A stretch of 64,000 bases of DNA, taken from an uncultured Clostridia bacterium (lineage in GTDB: Bacteria; Bacillota; Dehalobacteriia; UBA4068; CALXSR01). The notes below the pieces were generated by a model, which saw only the letters and a program-made list of their open reading frames with translations, had not been told where the DNA came from and did no database searches. The stretch covers positions 64,511-128,510 of the forward strand of contig CALXSR010000052.1 in the NCBI GenBank assembly GCA_944391215.1, written 5' to 3'. The stretch's first letter is position 1. The number at the start of each line of letters is the position of its first letter. Both the position numbers and the translations under genes were made by a program. Below, in pieces: positions 50,994-59,834 of the stretch.

Positions 50994-53024
50994 CTAATTT
51001 TTTACAGTTGCCGCAGGCCCCGTTTTTCCGCCGCGCAAGGCATATTCTTCCTTTAGTTTCTTATTGGAATTTCTACAAAGCCATGCAACAATGCCAACCA
51101 TAACAACAACCGCAACAAGCCCCGGCAAAAAACCGGCACCAATCGTTCCAGTAGTAACAATAGTCCCAACTTGATATACGAAATAACTCACGATATAGCC
51201 AACCCCAAACTGCAAACCAATACCACCCCAAAGCCATTTTCTACTCTTAATTTCACTTCTCATGGCACCAATAGCAGCAAAGCAAGGCGGTGTATAAAGG
51301 TTAAACATCAAATATGCCAAAGCCGCCACTTTAGTAATAGCTATAATACCAGCCACCTCTGCGCCAGCCCCTTCCATCATAGCCAGTTCCTCGGTATCAA
51401 TAAAGTTTTCCAGGCCCACAAAGCAAACAGCAAGCGTGCCAACAACATTTTCTTTGGCAATAAAGCCGGTAACCGCTGCCGCAGCAAGCTGCCAAGAAAG
51501 AACCCCTACAATTGGAACTAGCAAATAAGCAAACGGCCCAGCAATAGATGCAAGTATAGAACTATCAGCAGTTGCAGCAACGTGGAAGCTCCAATCAAAC
51601 GTCTGCATAATTTGTACTGCCGTGTTACAAAGCAAAATAATTGTAGATGCTTTCACGATGTAAGCCCATCCACGCGCACACATTGATTTAAAACCTCTCC
51701 AAAGGCTAGGTGTCTTATATTCAGGCAATTCAATAATAAAAAACGATTTTCTCACTTTATATCCAGCAATTTTATTAACAAGCAGGGCCCCAAAGAAGAT
51801 AAGAATAATACCAACAAAATACATCAAAGGGCCCACCCAGGGGGCATCCGCAAAGAAAGCACCGGCAAAAAGGGAAATAACAGGAAGCTTCGCCCCACAA
51901 GGCATAAAGGGGGTAAGCATGGCTGTAGCCCTACGTTCCCGTTCATTACGAATCGTGCGGCAGGCCATAACGCCAGGAATAGCACAACCAGTACCAATTA
52001 CAAAAGGAATTACTGACCTCCCCGAAAGTCCCACTTTTTTAAAAATAGGATCTAATACAACTGATGCACGGGCCATATAGCCACAATCTTCTAAAAGAGC
52101 AATCAAGAAATACATTACCATAACAAGGGGCAAAAAACCAACAACAGCAATAACGCCACCAATAATACCATCAATAAGAAGGGCCGATAACAAAGGATTT
52201 GCATTTTCTACCAAACCGCCAACCCAGCCTTGAAAACTTTCGAGTAATGGAACAAGAGCACCATCAGCAATCAAAGGGCCCAGCCACGCTTGGGAAATAT
52301 AAAATACCAAATACATAATGGCGGCAAAAATAGGAATACCAAGCCATTTATTTGTAAGAACAGCATCGATCTTATCACCGAAATTCTTTTCTTTCGTAAG
52401 CACTTTGCGGTTTTCCACCGTCGCTACAATTTTATTAACAAAATCAAAACGTTTCCTGTCTGCAGCTTCTACCGCATTTTTATCTGTAAGATCAATGTCC
52501 TCTTGTACATAAGGAGCAACCTGCTCTTTTCCATACTGTTCAACAACAGCTTTTATTACCTCAGTAAGGCCTTCTGCTGAGGTAGAAACCGTATTTACCA
52601 CAGGACAGCCCAATTTTTCCGCTAATGCTCTAGTATCAATTCGGTTCTCTTTCTTTTTATTAATATCCACTTTATTAAGTGCAACAACCACAGGAATACC
52701 CAACTCTAAAAGCTGTGTAGTAAAAAACAAACTACGACTTAAATTGGTTGCATCAACAATATTAATAATAACGTCCGGCTTTTCATGCTTTACATAAGAG
52801 CTAGTAATACTTTCTTCCGAAGTAAATGGAGACATCGAATAGGCACCTGGTAAATCAACAGCAATGAGTTCCTCAGCTCCATCATAGTAACTTTTTTTAA
52901 TGGGGTGTTCTTTTTTTTCAACAGTAACCCCTGCCCAGTTACCAACCTTTTCATTGCGACCGGTCAGCGCATTATACATAGTGGTTTTCCCACTATTGGG
53001 GTTACCGGTTAAAGCAATTCTCAT
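50994..53024 (-). CDS. feoB: Ferrous iron transport protein B.
   Basis: 676 aa with an N-terminal G-domain (GNPNSGKTT) and a polytopic membrane domain. Confidence 0.95.
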   Translation of the reverse strand: MRIALTGNPNSGKTTMYNALTGRNEKVGNWAGVTVEKKEHPIKKSYYDGAEELIAVDLPGAYSMSPFTSEESITSSYVKHEKPDVIINIVDATNLSRSLFFTTQLLELGIPVVVALNKVDINKKKENRIDTRALAEKLGCPVVNTVSTSAEGLTEVIKAVVEQYGKEQVAPYVQEDIDLTDKNAVEAADRKRFDFVNKIVATVENRKVLTKEKNFGDKIDAVLTNKWLGIPIFAAIMYLVFYISQAWLGPLIADGALVPLLESFQGWVGGLVENANPLLSALLIDGIIGGVIAVVGFLPLVMVMYFLIALLEDCGYMARASVVLDPIFKKVGLSGRSVIPFVIGTGCAIPGVMACRTIRNERERRATAMLTPFMPCGAKLPVISLFAGAFFADAPWVGPLMYFVGIILIFFGALLVNKIAGYKVRKSFFIIELPEYKTPSLWRGFKSMCARGWAYIVKASTIILLCNTAVQIMQTFDWSFHVAATADSSILASIAGPFAYLLVPIVGVLSWQLAAAAVTGFIAKENVVGTLAVCFVGLENFIDTEELAMMEGAGAEVAGIIAITKVAALAYLMFNLYTPPCFAAIGAMRSEIKSRKWLWGGIGLQFGVGYIVSYFVYQVGTIVTTGTIGAGFLPGLVAVVVMVGIVAWLCRNSNKKLKEEYALRGGKTGPAATVKN

Positions 53025-53130
53025 TTTTATATCCTCCTCATTTCTATTTTATATTTTTAAAAATCATATTACAGGAACACTCTAAAAAACATGTTAGCTA
53101 TTGCTAACCAATGTTTAAAAAAATAAGCGC

Positions 53131-53358
53131 TTAAGTATTTTCTTTACATAGTATTATCGCAGCAGCAAGTTGAGAATCAATATTATATCTACCGTCTTTA
53201 ATGGAGACAACACAACCCCCTTTTAAATGAGAAATAACCGTAATAGGTTCACCGCTATAGCAACCAAGAGAAAACAAAAAAGAGTTCAATTCTTCATCCT
53301 CAGTTTCCACTTGTTTAATAATATATTCTATTCCTTCTTGCGCCATATTTAAGTTCAT
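53131..53358 (-). CDS. feoA: Ferrous iron transport protein A (FeoA domain).
   Basis: 75-aa FeoA/SH3-like domain directly upstream of feoB. Confidence 0.8.
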   Translation of the reverse strand: MNLNMAQEGIEYIIKQVETEDEELNSFLFSLGCYSGEPITVISHLKGGCVVSIKDGRYNIDSQLAAAIILCKENT

Positions 53359-53429
53359 AATTTTCCCCTAACTTATCATATACCAAATTACTACATAGAA
53401 ATTGCCGCTTAATCCAATTTTTAAGGCAG

Positions 53430-53443
53430 TTAGCTATCGCTAA
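53430..53443. promoter_or_regulatory. Palindrome TTAGC-N4-GCTAA about 75 nt upstream of feoA; a candidate operator for the DtxR-family regulator.
   Basis: The sequence TTAGCTATCGCTAA has 5-bp arms with a 4-nt spacer, and its arms resemble the IdeR/DtxR iron-box TTAGG...CCTAA. Confidence 0.3.
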
Positions 53444-53683
53444 TTGATGTAAGTATACCGCCAAATTTTCTATTTGTCAACTATTTCATTTTTTAAATTT
53501 CGTCTATTACTTAAAATAAAACGCATAATAGACAATCTGTTCATTATAAAAAGAATTTGATAAAATATATTTTGCTTGGGGATTCTAAAAAGAAAAATGT
53601 TTTTTGTGCTCTCTATTTTGTCTTATAAACAAACAATAAATACAATCTCTTGTTTTTTATCTTGCTAGGAAGGGATGATTTTT

Positions 53684-53866
53684 ATGTCTTGGTTTACAGC
53701 AAACTTAGCAACGATTTTAATTTGTGTTGTTTTATTGACTCTATTTATTTTAGCCATACGCTCTATCGTAAAAAAGAATAAAGATAACGGTTGTGGATAC
53801 TGTACAGGTTGTTCCGCAGACACAAACAAACCAAATAATACCAACTGTCATTGTCATCGCAAATAA
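53684..53866 (+). CDS. FeoB-associated Cys-rich small membrane protein; a paralog of 50793..50978, divergently oriented from feoA.
   Basis: MSWFTANLATILICVVLLTLFILAI is a TM helix, followed by a Lys-rich segment and GCGYCTGCSAD...CHCHRK. Start set at the second ATG with RBS GGAAGGGA. Confidence 0.55.
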   Translation: MSWFTANLATILICVVLLTLFILAIRSIVKKNKDNGCGYCTGCSADTNKPNNTNCHCHRK

Positions 53867-53892
53867 ATACAAACAGATATCCCTTTCGCAAT

Positions 53893-53921
53893 TTGACAAG
53901 ATATTGTTAGAAGAGTATGAT
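53893..53921 (+). promoter_or_regulatory. Sigma-A-type promoter (TTGACA, 17-nt spacer, TATGAT) upstream of the ArsR-family gene.
   Basis: Consensus-like hexamers with 17-nt spacing, read directly. The ArsR RBS AAGGAGGAG is about 35 nt downstream. Confidence 0.45.
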
Positions 53922-53971
53922 TAATTTAGCAAATGTTATAATATTGCGTCTAAGGAGGAGATTGTTTTTTT

Positions 53972-54325
53972 ATGACTGAACCACTCCATGACCATGGTAA
54001 AAATAGCGATAAGTTGTTGGCTTCCATGCCAACAGAAGCCAATTTTATAAAAGCAGCTGATACCTTTCAGCAATTATGCGACAGCACTCGATTAAAAATA
54101 CTTTGGCTATTATGTCATAGTGAAGAATGCGTCTATAATATTGCTGCCGCAGTTGGCATGAGCGGATCAGCCGTTTCTCACCATCTAAGAACCTTAAAAC
54201 AAACTGGCTTGATTCAATACCAACGGATTGGTAAAGAAGTACATTATACTTTAGCAAATACCGCCGAAGCCCGTTTGGTGCATCAAATGATTGATGATAT
54301 TTTTGAAATGCATTGTCTAAAATAA
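53972..54325 (+). CDS. ArsR/SmtB-family metal-sensing transcriptional repressor.
   Basis: 117 aa with an HTH (CDSTRLKILWLLCHSEECVYNIAAAVGMSGSAVSHHLRTL) and Cys and His residues at the positions metal-sensing sites occupy in this family. Confidence 0.8.
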   Translation: MTEPLHDHGKNSDKLLASMPTEANFIKAADTFQQLCDSTRLKILWLLCHSEECVYNIAAAVGMSGSAVSHHLRTLKQTGLIQYQRIGKEVHYTLANTAEARLVHQMIDDIFEMHCLK

Positions 54326-54350
54326 GATATATTTAAAATATATAGTTAAA

Positions 54351-54388
54351 CAAAAAAGAGGCCGGCAAATTGCCGGTCTCTTTCTCAT
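54351..54388. terminator. Bidirectional Rho-independent terminator between the ArsR gene and the NSS transporter gene.
   Basis: AGAGGCCGGC-aaatt-GCCGGTCTCT stem with an A-run flank and a T-run flank. Confidence 0.75.
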
Positions 54389-54397
54389 TCTAACAGA

Positions 54398-55741
54398 TTA
54401 AAGGGTAATGATACCAAGAGCATTTAATACAGAACTAATCAGAATAGCGATAATACAAATAGGGGCAATGTATTTGCACATTACGTTAAACAACTTTTCT
54501 CCATGAAAATCAGATGAAAGCTTTACTTCTTCCGCAACTGCTTTGGTACCAATAATCCAAGCCACAAAAACGCAAGTTAACAAGGCTACAATAGGCATCA
54601 GTACCGAATTGCTCACAAAATCCATAAAATCTAAAATAGACAGCCCAAGCACTGTAAAACTGCTCCAAGAACCAAAGCCCAAAGAAGCAGGCGCTCCTAA
54701 AATAAGCATCCCAATAAATACAACAATGCAACAAACAGGGCGCTTCCATTTAAAGCGGTCTTGTAAAATGGAAACAATGGTTTCCATCAAAGAAATTGCC
54801 GAAGTTAATGCAGCAAAAAGGACTAATACAAAAAACAACACCCCAATTAAGGTGGATAATCCCATATGCTCAAATATTTTTGGTAAGGTCATAAACATTA
54901 AACCAGGACCCGCATTTACCTCACCATTGGAAAAGGCAAACACAGCAGGGATAATTATTAAACCGGCTAAAAATGCAATGCCAGTATCAAACCATTCAAT
55001 TTGCCGAACGGATTTTTCCAGATTAGCCGTTTTCTTCATATAAGATCCATAAGTAATCATAATCCCCATGGCTAAGGACATAGAATAAAACATTTGTCCT
55101 AAAGCGGCCAATACAAGATTAACAGAGAATTTGCTAAAATCTGGTTTTAGATAATACACAAGCCCTTCCATAGCACCAGGACGGGTAACAGAATAAACAG
55201 CAATTACAATCGAAAGAAGAACCAAGAGAGGCATTAAAAACTTGCTGGTTGCTTCCACCCCTTTTTTAACACCTAACAATACAATAAAGAAAGTAATCGC
55301 TGCAAAAATAAAAAAGTATAAGAGCGGTTCCGATGTACTAGAAATAAAATTAGTAAAATAATTCCCATCAGCCATAGCAGTATGCGCGCCACCAAGATAG
55401 GCACCCAAATACTTCAGTACCCAACCGCCAATTACACTATAATATGGCAAAATGATAATGGGTACCAAGGACGCTAACCAACCAATAAAGCAATATTTTT
55501 TGTTCAATACTTTAAAAGCCCCAATTGCACTTAATCCAGTTTTGCGGCCCAAAGCTACTTCAGCAACCATTAAAGTAAACCCAAAAGTAACTACTAAAAC
55601 CAGATAAACCAGTAAAAAAATGCCTCCGCCATATTTTGCCGCCAAATAAGGGAAACGCCAAATATTACCGAGACCAACCGCAGAGCCCGCAGCCGCCAGA
55701 ACAAAGGCTAAACCGCTTGTAAAATTACTTCTTTTTTCCAT
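54398..55741 (-). CDS. Sodium-dependent transporter of the neurotransmitter:sodium symporter (NSS/SNF) family.
   Basis: Start set at MEKRSNFTSGLAFVLAAAGSAVGLGNIWRFPY with RBS GGGAGG. The GLGNIWRFPY motif is NSS-typical. Confidence 0.8.
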   Translation of the reverse strand: MEKRSNFTSGLAFVLAAAGSAVGLGNIWRFPYLAAKYGGGIFLLVYLVLVVTFGFTLMVAEVALGRKTGLSAIGAFKVLNKKYCFIGWLASLVPIIILPYYSVIGGWVLKYLGAYLGGAHTAMADGNYFTNFISSTSEPLLYFFIFAAITFFIVLLGVKKGVEATSKFLMPLLVLLSIVIAVYSVTRPGAMEGLVYYLKPDFSKFSVNLVLAALGQMFYSMSLAMGIMITYGSYMKKTANLEKSVRQIEWFDTGIAFLAGLIIIPAVFAFSNGEVNAGPGLMFMTLPKIFEHMGLSTLIGVLFFVLVLFAALTSAISLMETIVSILQDRFKWKRPVCCIVVFIGMLILGAPASLGFGSWSSFTVLGLSILDFMDFVSNSVLMPIVALLTCVFVAWIIGTKAVAEEVKLSSDFHGEKLFNVMCKYIAPICIIAILISSVLNALGIITL

Positions 55742-55904
55742 TTTCCTCCCTCTTTCAACAGTAATCTGTAAAATTATATCATAATTCATACAGAAAAGGC
55801 CAGACATAATCATGCAAATTTTCGATAATAACATAAATTTCTGAAAATAAGGATAACAAAAAACCTGGCGCTAAAGCCAGGTTTTCCAAACAGGAAAATA
55901 TCAT

Positions 55905-57779
55905 TTATACAATTACTTTATCCATTTCTTCTACTTTTAAGGCACGAATCGCATTTAATATCGCAATTACGGAAACACCAACATCAGCAAATACCGCTGC
56001 CCACATGGTTGCAATTCCCAAAGCACCTAAAATTAAAACAATAAATTTCACCCCTAAAGCAAATACAATATTTTGTTTTACAATGCATAAGGTTTTTTTA
56101 GAAATGCGCATTACTACCGGTATTTTAGATGGCTCGTCAGTCATAATAACAACATCCGCCGCTTCAATCGCAGCATCCGATCCCAAACCGCCCATCGCAA
56201 TACCAATATCTGCCCTAGCTAAAACAGGCGCATCGTTGATACCATCTCCTACAAAGGCCAGCTTACCTCGCGACGATTTCTGTTGTAACAAATCTTCCAT
56301 TTTTTCCACTTTATCAGCCGGTAATAATTCAGTATATGCTTGATCCAGGCCAATTTCCTGCGCAACCTTTTGCCCCACTTCTTGGTTATCCCCAGTCAGC
56401 ATAACCAATTGCTTTAATCCCAAAGAACGCAACTGACCGATTGTCTCCTTTACATCCTCTTTCACCTCATCGGCAATTACCAAATATCCAGCGTAAACTT
56501 GGTCAATTGCAATATGCACAATGGTACCGATTTTATTCGCTTTTTGGTATGAAGCTTGATCTAAAACCTGTTCTTTGCGCATCAACTTATCATTACCAAC
56601 CAATACTATTTTTCCATCTATCTTTACTTTTATGCCACAGCCGGCAATTTCTTCTACTTCAGAAATACGCTTATGATCAATGGGTTTTCCATAAGCCTGG
56701 CGAATAGATAGTGCAATGGGATGGTTCGAATAATTTTCTGCCAAGGCAGCTATTTCTAATAATTCTTCCGGCGCTCCGATGCTGTTTTGAATTTGCGTTA
56801 CGGCAAAAGTTCCTTTGGTTAAAGTACCTGTTTTATCAAAAACCATAATTTCCGTATTGGCTAAAGCCTCTAAATAATTACTACCTTTCACCAATACTCC
56901 GCATTTGGAAGCACCGCCAATTCCGCCAAAAAAACTAAGCGGAATAGAAATAACCAAAGCACAAGGACAGGAAATAACTAAAAATGTTAGGGCCCTAGAT
57001 ATCCATATGCTAAAAGTAGTCCCTTCTATCATAAGAGGAGGAATAAAAGCTAGCATAACAGCAGCAATAACTACTACTGGCGTATAATAGCGTGCAAATT
57101 TTGTAATAAAGTTTTCTGCTTTTGCTTTCTTGCTGCTAGAATTCTCTACCAAATCCAATATTTTAGCTACTGTGGATTCCCCAAATTCTTTTTCCACTTT
57201 TACAGTTAAATTACCAGAAATATTGATACATCCGCTAATAACATGATCCTTTTCCCGAATCTGTTTTGGTACCGATTCACCTGTTAAAGCAGAAGTATCT
57301 ACAGAAGAGCTACCATTAATAACAAAACCATCTAGGGGAATTCTTTCCCCCGGTTTAATAACAATCACATCACCTACAGCTACTTCTTCAGGATCCACTT
57401 TTATTAACTGGCCATCCTTTTGTACATTGGCATAATCAGGGCGAATATCCATCAACCCGGTAATGGAACGACGTGATTTGTCTACGGCATAGGATTGGAA
57501 CAATTCCCCTATTTGATAAAAAAGCATTACCGCTACACCTTCCGGATATTCCCCTAAAGCAAAAGCGCCAACAGTAGCCAAAGTCATCAAAAAATTCTCA
57601 TCAAATATTTGACCACGGAGAATATTACGCACAGCACGCCAAACAATATCCCAACCCACAATTATATAGGCCAGCAGAAAAACAGCAAAACGAAACCATC
57701 CCTGCCAACTCCCTAATATTGCTATAGCAAAAATAAAGGCAGATAAAACTATTCGCATCAGCTGTTTTTTTTGTCTCAT
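55905..57779 (-). CDS. Heavy-metal-translocating P1B-type ATPase (Cd/Zn-type, CPC motif) lacking an N-terminal metal-binding domain.
   Basis: 624 aa carrying CPC in TM6 (SCPCALVISIPLS), DKTGTLT, TGDN and GDGINDAP. Strong RBS GAGGAGGG. The first TM segment begins near residue 9. Confidence 0.9.
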   Translation of the reverse strand: MRQKKQLMRIVLSAFIFAIAILGSWQGWFRFAVFLLAYIIVGWDIVWRAVRNILRGQIFDENFLMTLATVGAFALGEYPEGVAVMLFYQIGELFQSYAVDKSRRSITGLMDIRPDYANVQKDGQLIKVDPEEVAVGDVIVIKPGERIPLDGFVINGSSSVDTSALTGESVPKQIREKDHVISGCINISGNLTVKVEKEFGESTVAKILDLVENSSSKKAKAENFITKFARYYTPVVVIAAVMLAFIPPLMIEGTTFSIWISRALTFLVISCPCALVISIPLSFFGGIGGASKCGVLVKGSNYLEALANTEIMVFDKTGTLTKGTFAVTQIQNSIGAPEELLEIAALAENYSNHPIALSIRQAYGKPIDHKRISEVEEIAGCGIKVKIDGKIVLVGNDKLMRKEQVLDQASYQKANKIGTIVHIAIDQVYAGYLVIADEVKEDVKETIGQLRSLGLKQLVMLTGDNQEVGQKVAQEIGLDQAYTELLPADKVEKMEDLLQQKSSRGKLAFVGDGINDAPVLARADIGIAMGGLGSDAAIEAADVVIMTDEPSKIPVVMRISKKTLCIVKQNIVFALGVKFIVLILGALGIATMWAAVFADVGVSVIAILNAIRALKVEEMDKVIV

Positions 57780-57817
57780 AGAACTGCCCTCCTCAACCTT
57801 TTGTCATATTATAGTCA

Positions 57818-58036
57818 TTATGCTTTTACTATTACATCCGGTTCTACTTTTTTTATTACTTTTAATGCTTCTGCTAATACTGCTTCAAAGTGTTCATCGG
57901 CAGCCTCAATAGTCATTTTTTGCATCATAAAACTTACCGTAGCTTGCTTCATCCCTGTAATTTTATTCAAAGCATTTTCCATTTTAGCTGCGCAGTTAGC
58001 ACAATCTAAATCTTGTAATTTATAAGATTTTTTCAT
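57818..58036 (-). CDS. Standalone heavy-metal-associated (HMA) domain protein with a CANC metal-binding motif.
   Basis: 72 aa. LDCANCAAKMENALNKITGMKQATVSF matches the CadA-type metal-binding-domain motif CANCA. It lies 38 nt upstream of the ATPase, in a different frame. Confidence 0.75.
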   Translation of the reverse strand: MKKSYKLQDLDCANCAAKMENALNKITGMKQATVSFMMQKMTIEAADEHFEAVLAEALKVIKKVEPDVIVKA

Positions 58037-58145
58037 CGTTATGCCCCCTTATGTTTTAAAAATTCAACAACAAAACAATTAAATAATTGTTTATATGTTT
58101 ATTATATCATATGTTTAGCTCCTGTCAATATGTGCATTATTTTTT

Positions 58146-58175
58146 ATAAAAAAAGAAACGCATAAAAAGCGTTCC
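58146..58175 (-). terminator. Putative terminator downstream of gpsA.
   Basis: AACGC-ataaaaa-GCGTT stem, followed on the minus strand by a T-rich run. Confidence 0.4.
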
Positions 58176-58196
58176 TTTTTTCATCATTTTTATCAT

Positions 58197-59195
58197 TTAT
58201 AATAAATTTACCTCATCGGTTTTATCTCGTTCCATTAAGGATAGCAATGCTTGATCGGCAGGCTCATCCTCAAATAGTATTTTATATAATTGACTGCTAA
58301 TCGGCATTTGCACATTTTGTTTTTTTGCTAAGGAACAAGCCGCAGCCGTTGCGCTAACCCCTTCTACCACCATTTTTGTGCCCGACAGTACTTCCTCAAT
58401 TTTCCTTCCTTGCCCTAACCGATAACCAGCCTGCCAATTACGACTAAAACGGCTATTACAAGTTACCACCAAGTCTCCTAAGCCTGCTAAACCAGCAAAA
58501 GTGTTTTGTTTTGCTCCCATACTAAGTCCTAACCGAGTAATTTCCGTCAAACCTCGTGTAATAAGAGCCGCTCTTGAATTATCTCCATACCCTAAGCCAT
58601 CACTAATGCCAGCGGCTAACGCAATAATATTTTTTAAAGCACCTGCCAACTCTACTCCTAATAAATCATCATTGGTATAGACCCGGAAAAATTTAGACAT
58701 AAAAATATTTTGCACTTCTTTTGCCAATTCCATATCTTCACTGGAAGCAACAATGGTAGTTGGCAGCTCCCGTGCAACTTCTTCCGCATGACTAGGACCA
58801 GACAACACGGCAATTTTATTATGTGGCAATTCCTCATGAATCACCTGAGATAAACGCAACAAAGTTCCTTTTTCCAATCCCTTAGCCGTACTTACAATGG
58901 ATGTTGTTTTTAAAACCATTGGGAAAATACGGTGTGCCACTTCCCGAATCGCTTGCGAAGGCACCGACAATACCACAAAATTACGACTGGATACCGCTTC
59001 CTCTAAATTAGCAGTAATCGGCAAATCCTCCGGAACAGCTACCCCAGGTAAAAAGTCCTGGTTCTCTCCGTTGGCTTTGATTGCTTTCACTTGCTCTTCC
59101 TTCCAAGACCACAAAGTCACTTCGTGACCGTTTTTATGTAATAATAAAGCAAGCGCTGTTCCCCAACTTCCTGCGCCCAAAACAGCAATTGACAT
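58197..59195 (-). CDS. gpsA: NAD(P)H-dependent glycerol-3-phosphate dehydrogenase.
   Basis: Start set at MSIAVLGAGSWGTALA. GpsA family. Confidence 0.9.
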   Translation of the reverse strand: MSIAVLGAGSWGTALALLLHKNGHEVTLWSWKEEQVKAIKANGENQDFLPGVAVPEDLPITANLEEAVSSRNFVVLSVPSQAIREVAHRIFPMVLKTTSIVSTAKGLEKGTLLRLSQVIHEELPHNKIAVLSGPSHAEEVARELPTTIVASSEDMELAKEVQNIFMSKFFRVYTNDDLLGVELAGALKNIIALAAGISDGLGYGDNSRAALITRGLTEITRLGLSMGAKQNTFAGLAGLGDLVVTCNSRFSRNWQAGYRLGQGRKIEEVLSGTKMVVEGVSATAAACSLAKKQNVQMPISSQLYKILFEDEPADQALLSLMERDKTDEVNLL

Positions 59196-59237
59196 AATGC
59201 CACCCCCAAACACTTTTTGCAGTTCTATTTTATTTTA

Positions 59238-59834
59238 TCAAACTCGGTTACCAAATTTTGGCTCCGTTCCCGCTAAAATACGCTTTAGATTACTTCTATG
59301 TAAATAAACAATCAAACAGACTAAAATTGTTATTACTACTTTTATTATAGTAGCGTAATCTCCTAAAATAGTCAAAGGAATCATTGCAACACATGTAAGA
59401 ATACTGGCCAAAGAAACATATCTTGTAATCAGTAAAATAACCAACCAAATTAAAACGGCAAAAAATGTGGCTTGCGGCACCAAAACGGTAATAATACCAA
59501 ACCCAGTAGCCATTCCCTTTCCCCCTTTAAAGTGGAGCCATACCGGAAAGCTATGACCAATAATAGCGAAAGCTCCTCCTAAAACAGCAAAAGTAGGGCC
59601 TCCTAACCACATGCCAATCCAAGCTGATAAAAAACCTTTGCTATAATCTAGAAGCAAAACAATAATGGCCCATTTTTTCCCTAAAACACGAGAAGCATTT
59701 GTAGTACCAACATTACCGCTTCCTTGACAACGAATATCCTTTCCCGTCTTTTTTTTCACTAAAATATATGCAAATGGAATAGAACCTAAAAGATATGCCA
59801 ATACGATAACAAGTAGCCCTTTTAAGAGCGGCAT
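59238..59834 (-). CDS. plsY: Glycerol-3-phosphate acyltransferase PlsY.
   Basis: 198 aa, polytopic, with the GSGNVGTTNA motif. Confidence 0.9.
   Translation of the reverse strand: MPLLKGLLVIVLAYLLGSIPFAYILVKKKTGKDIRCQGSGNVGTTNASRVLGKKWAIIVLLLDYSKGFLSAWIGMWLGGPTFAVLGGAFAIIGHSFPVWLHFKGGKGMATGFGIITVLVPQATFFAVLIWLVILLITRYVSLASILTCVAMIPLTILGDYATIIKVVITILVCLIVYLHRSNLKRILAGTEPKFGNRV

Noticed and set aside
57780-57817. Possible frameshift fusing the HMA protein to the P-type ATPase
   Set aside because: The HMA ORF ends in a clean TAA. The ATPase has its own strong RBS (GAGGAGGG) and an ATG 38 nt downstream in a different frame. This fits a genuine split arrangement.
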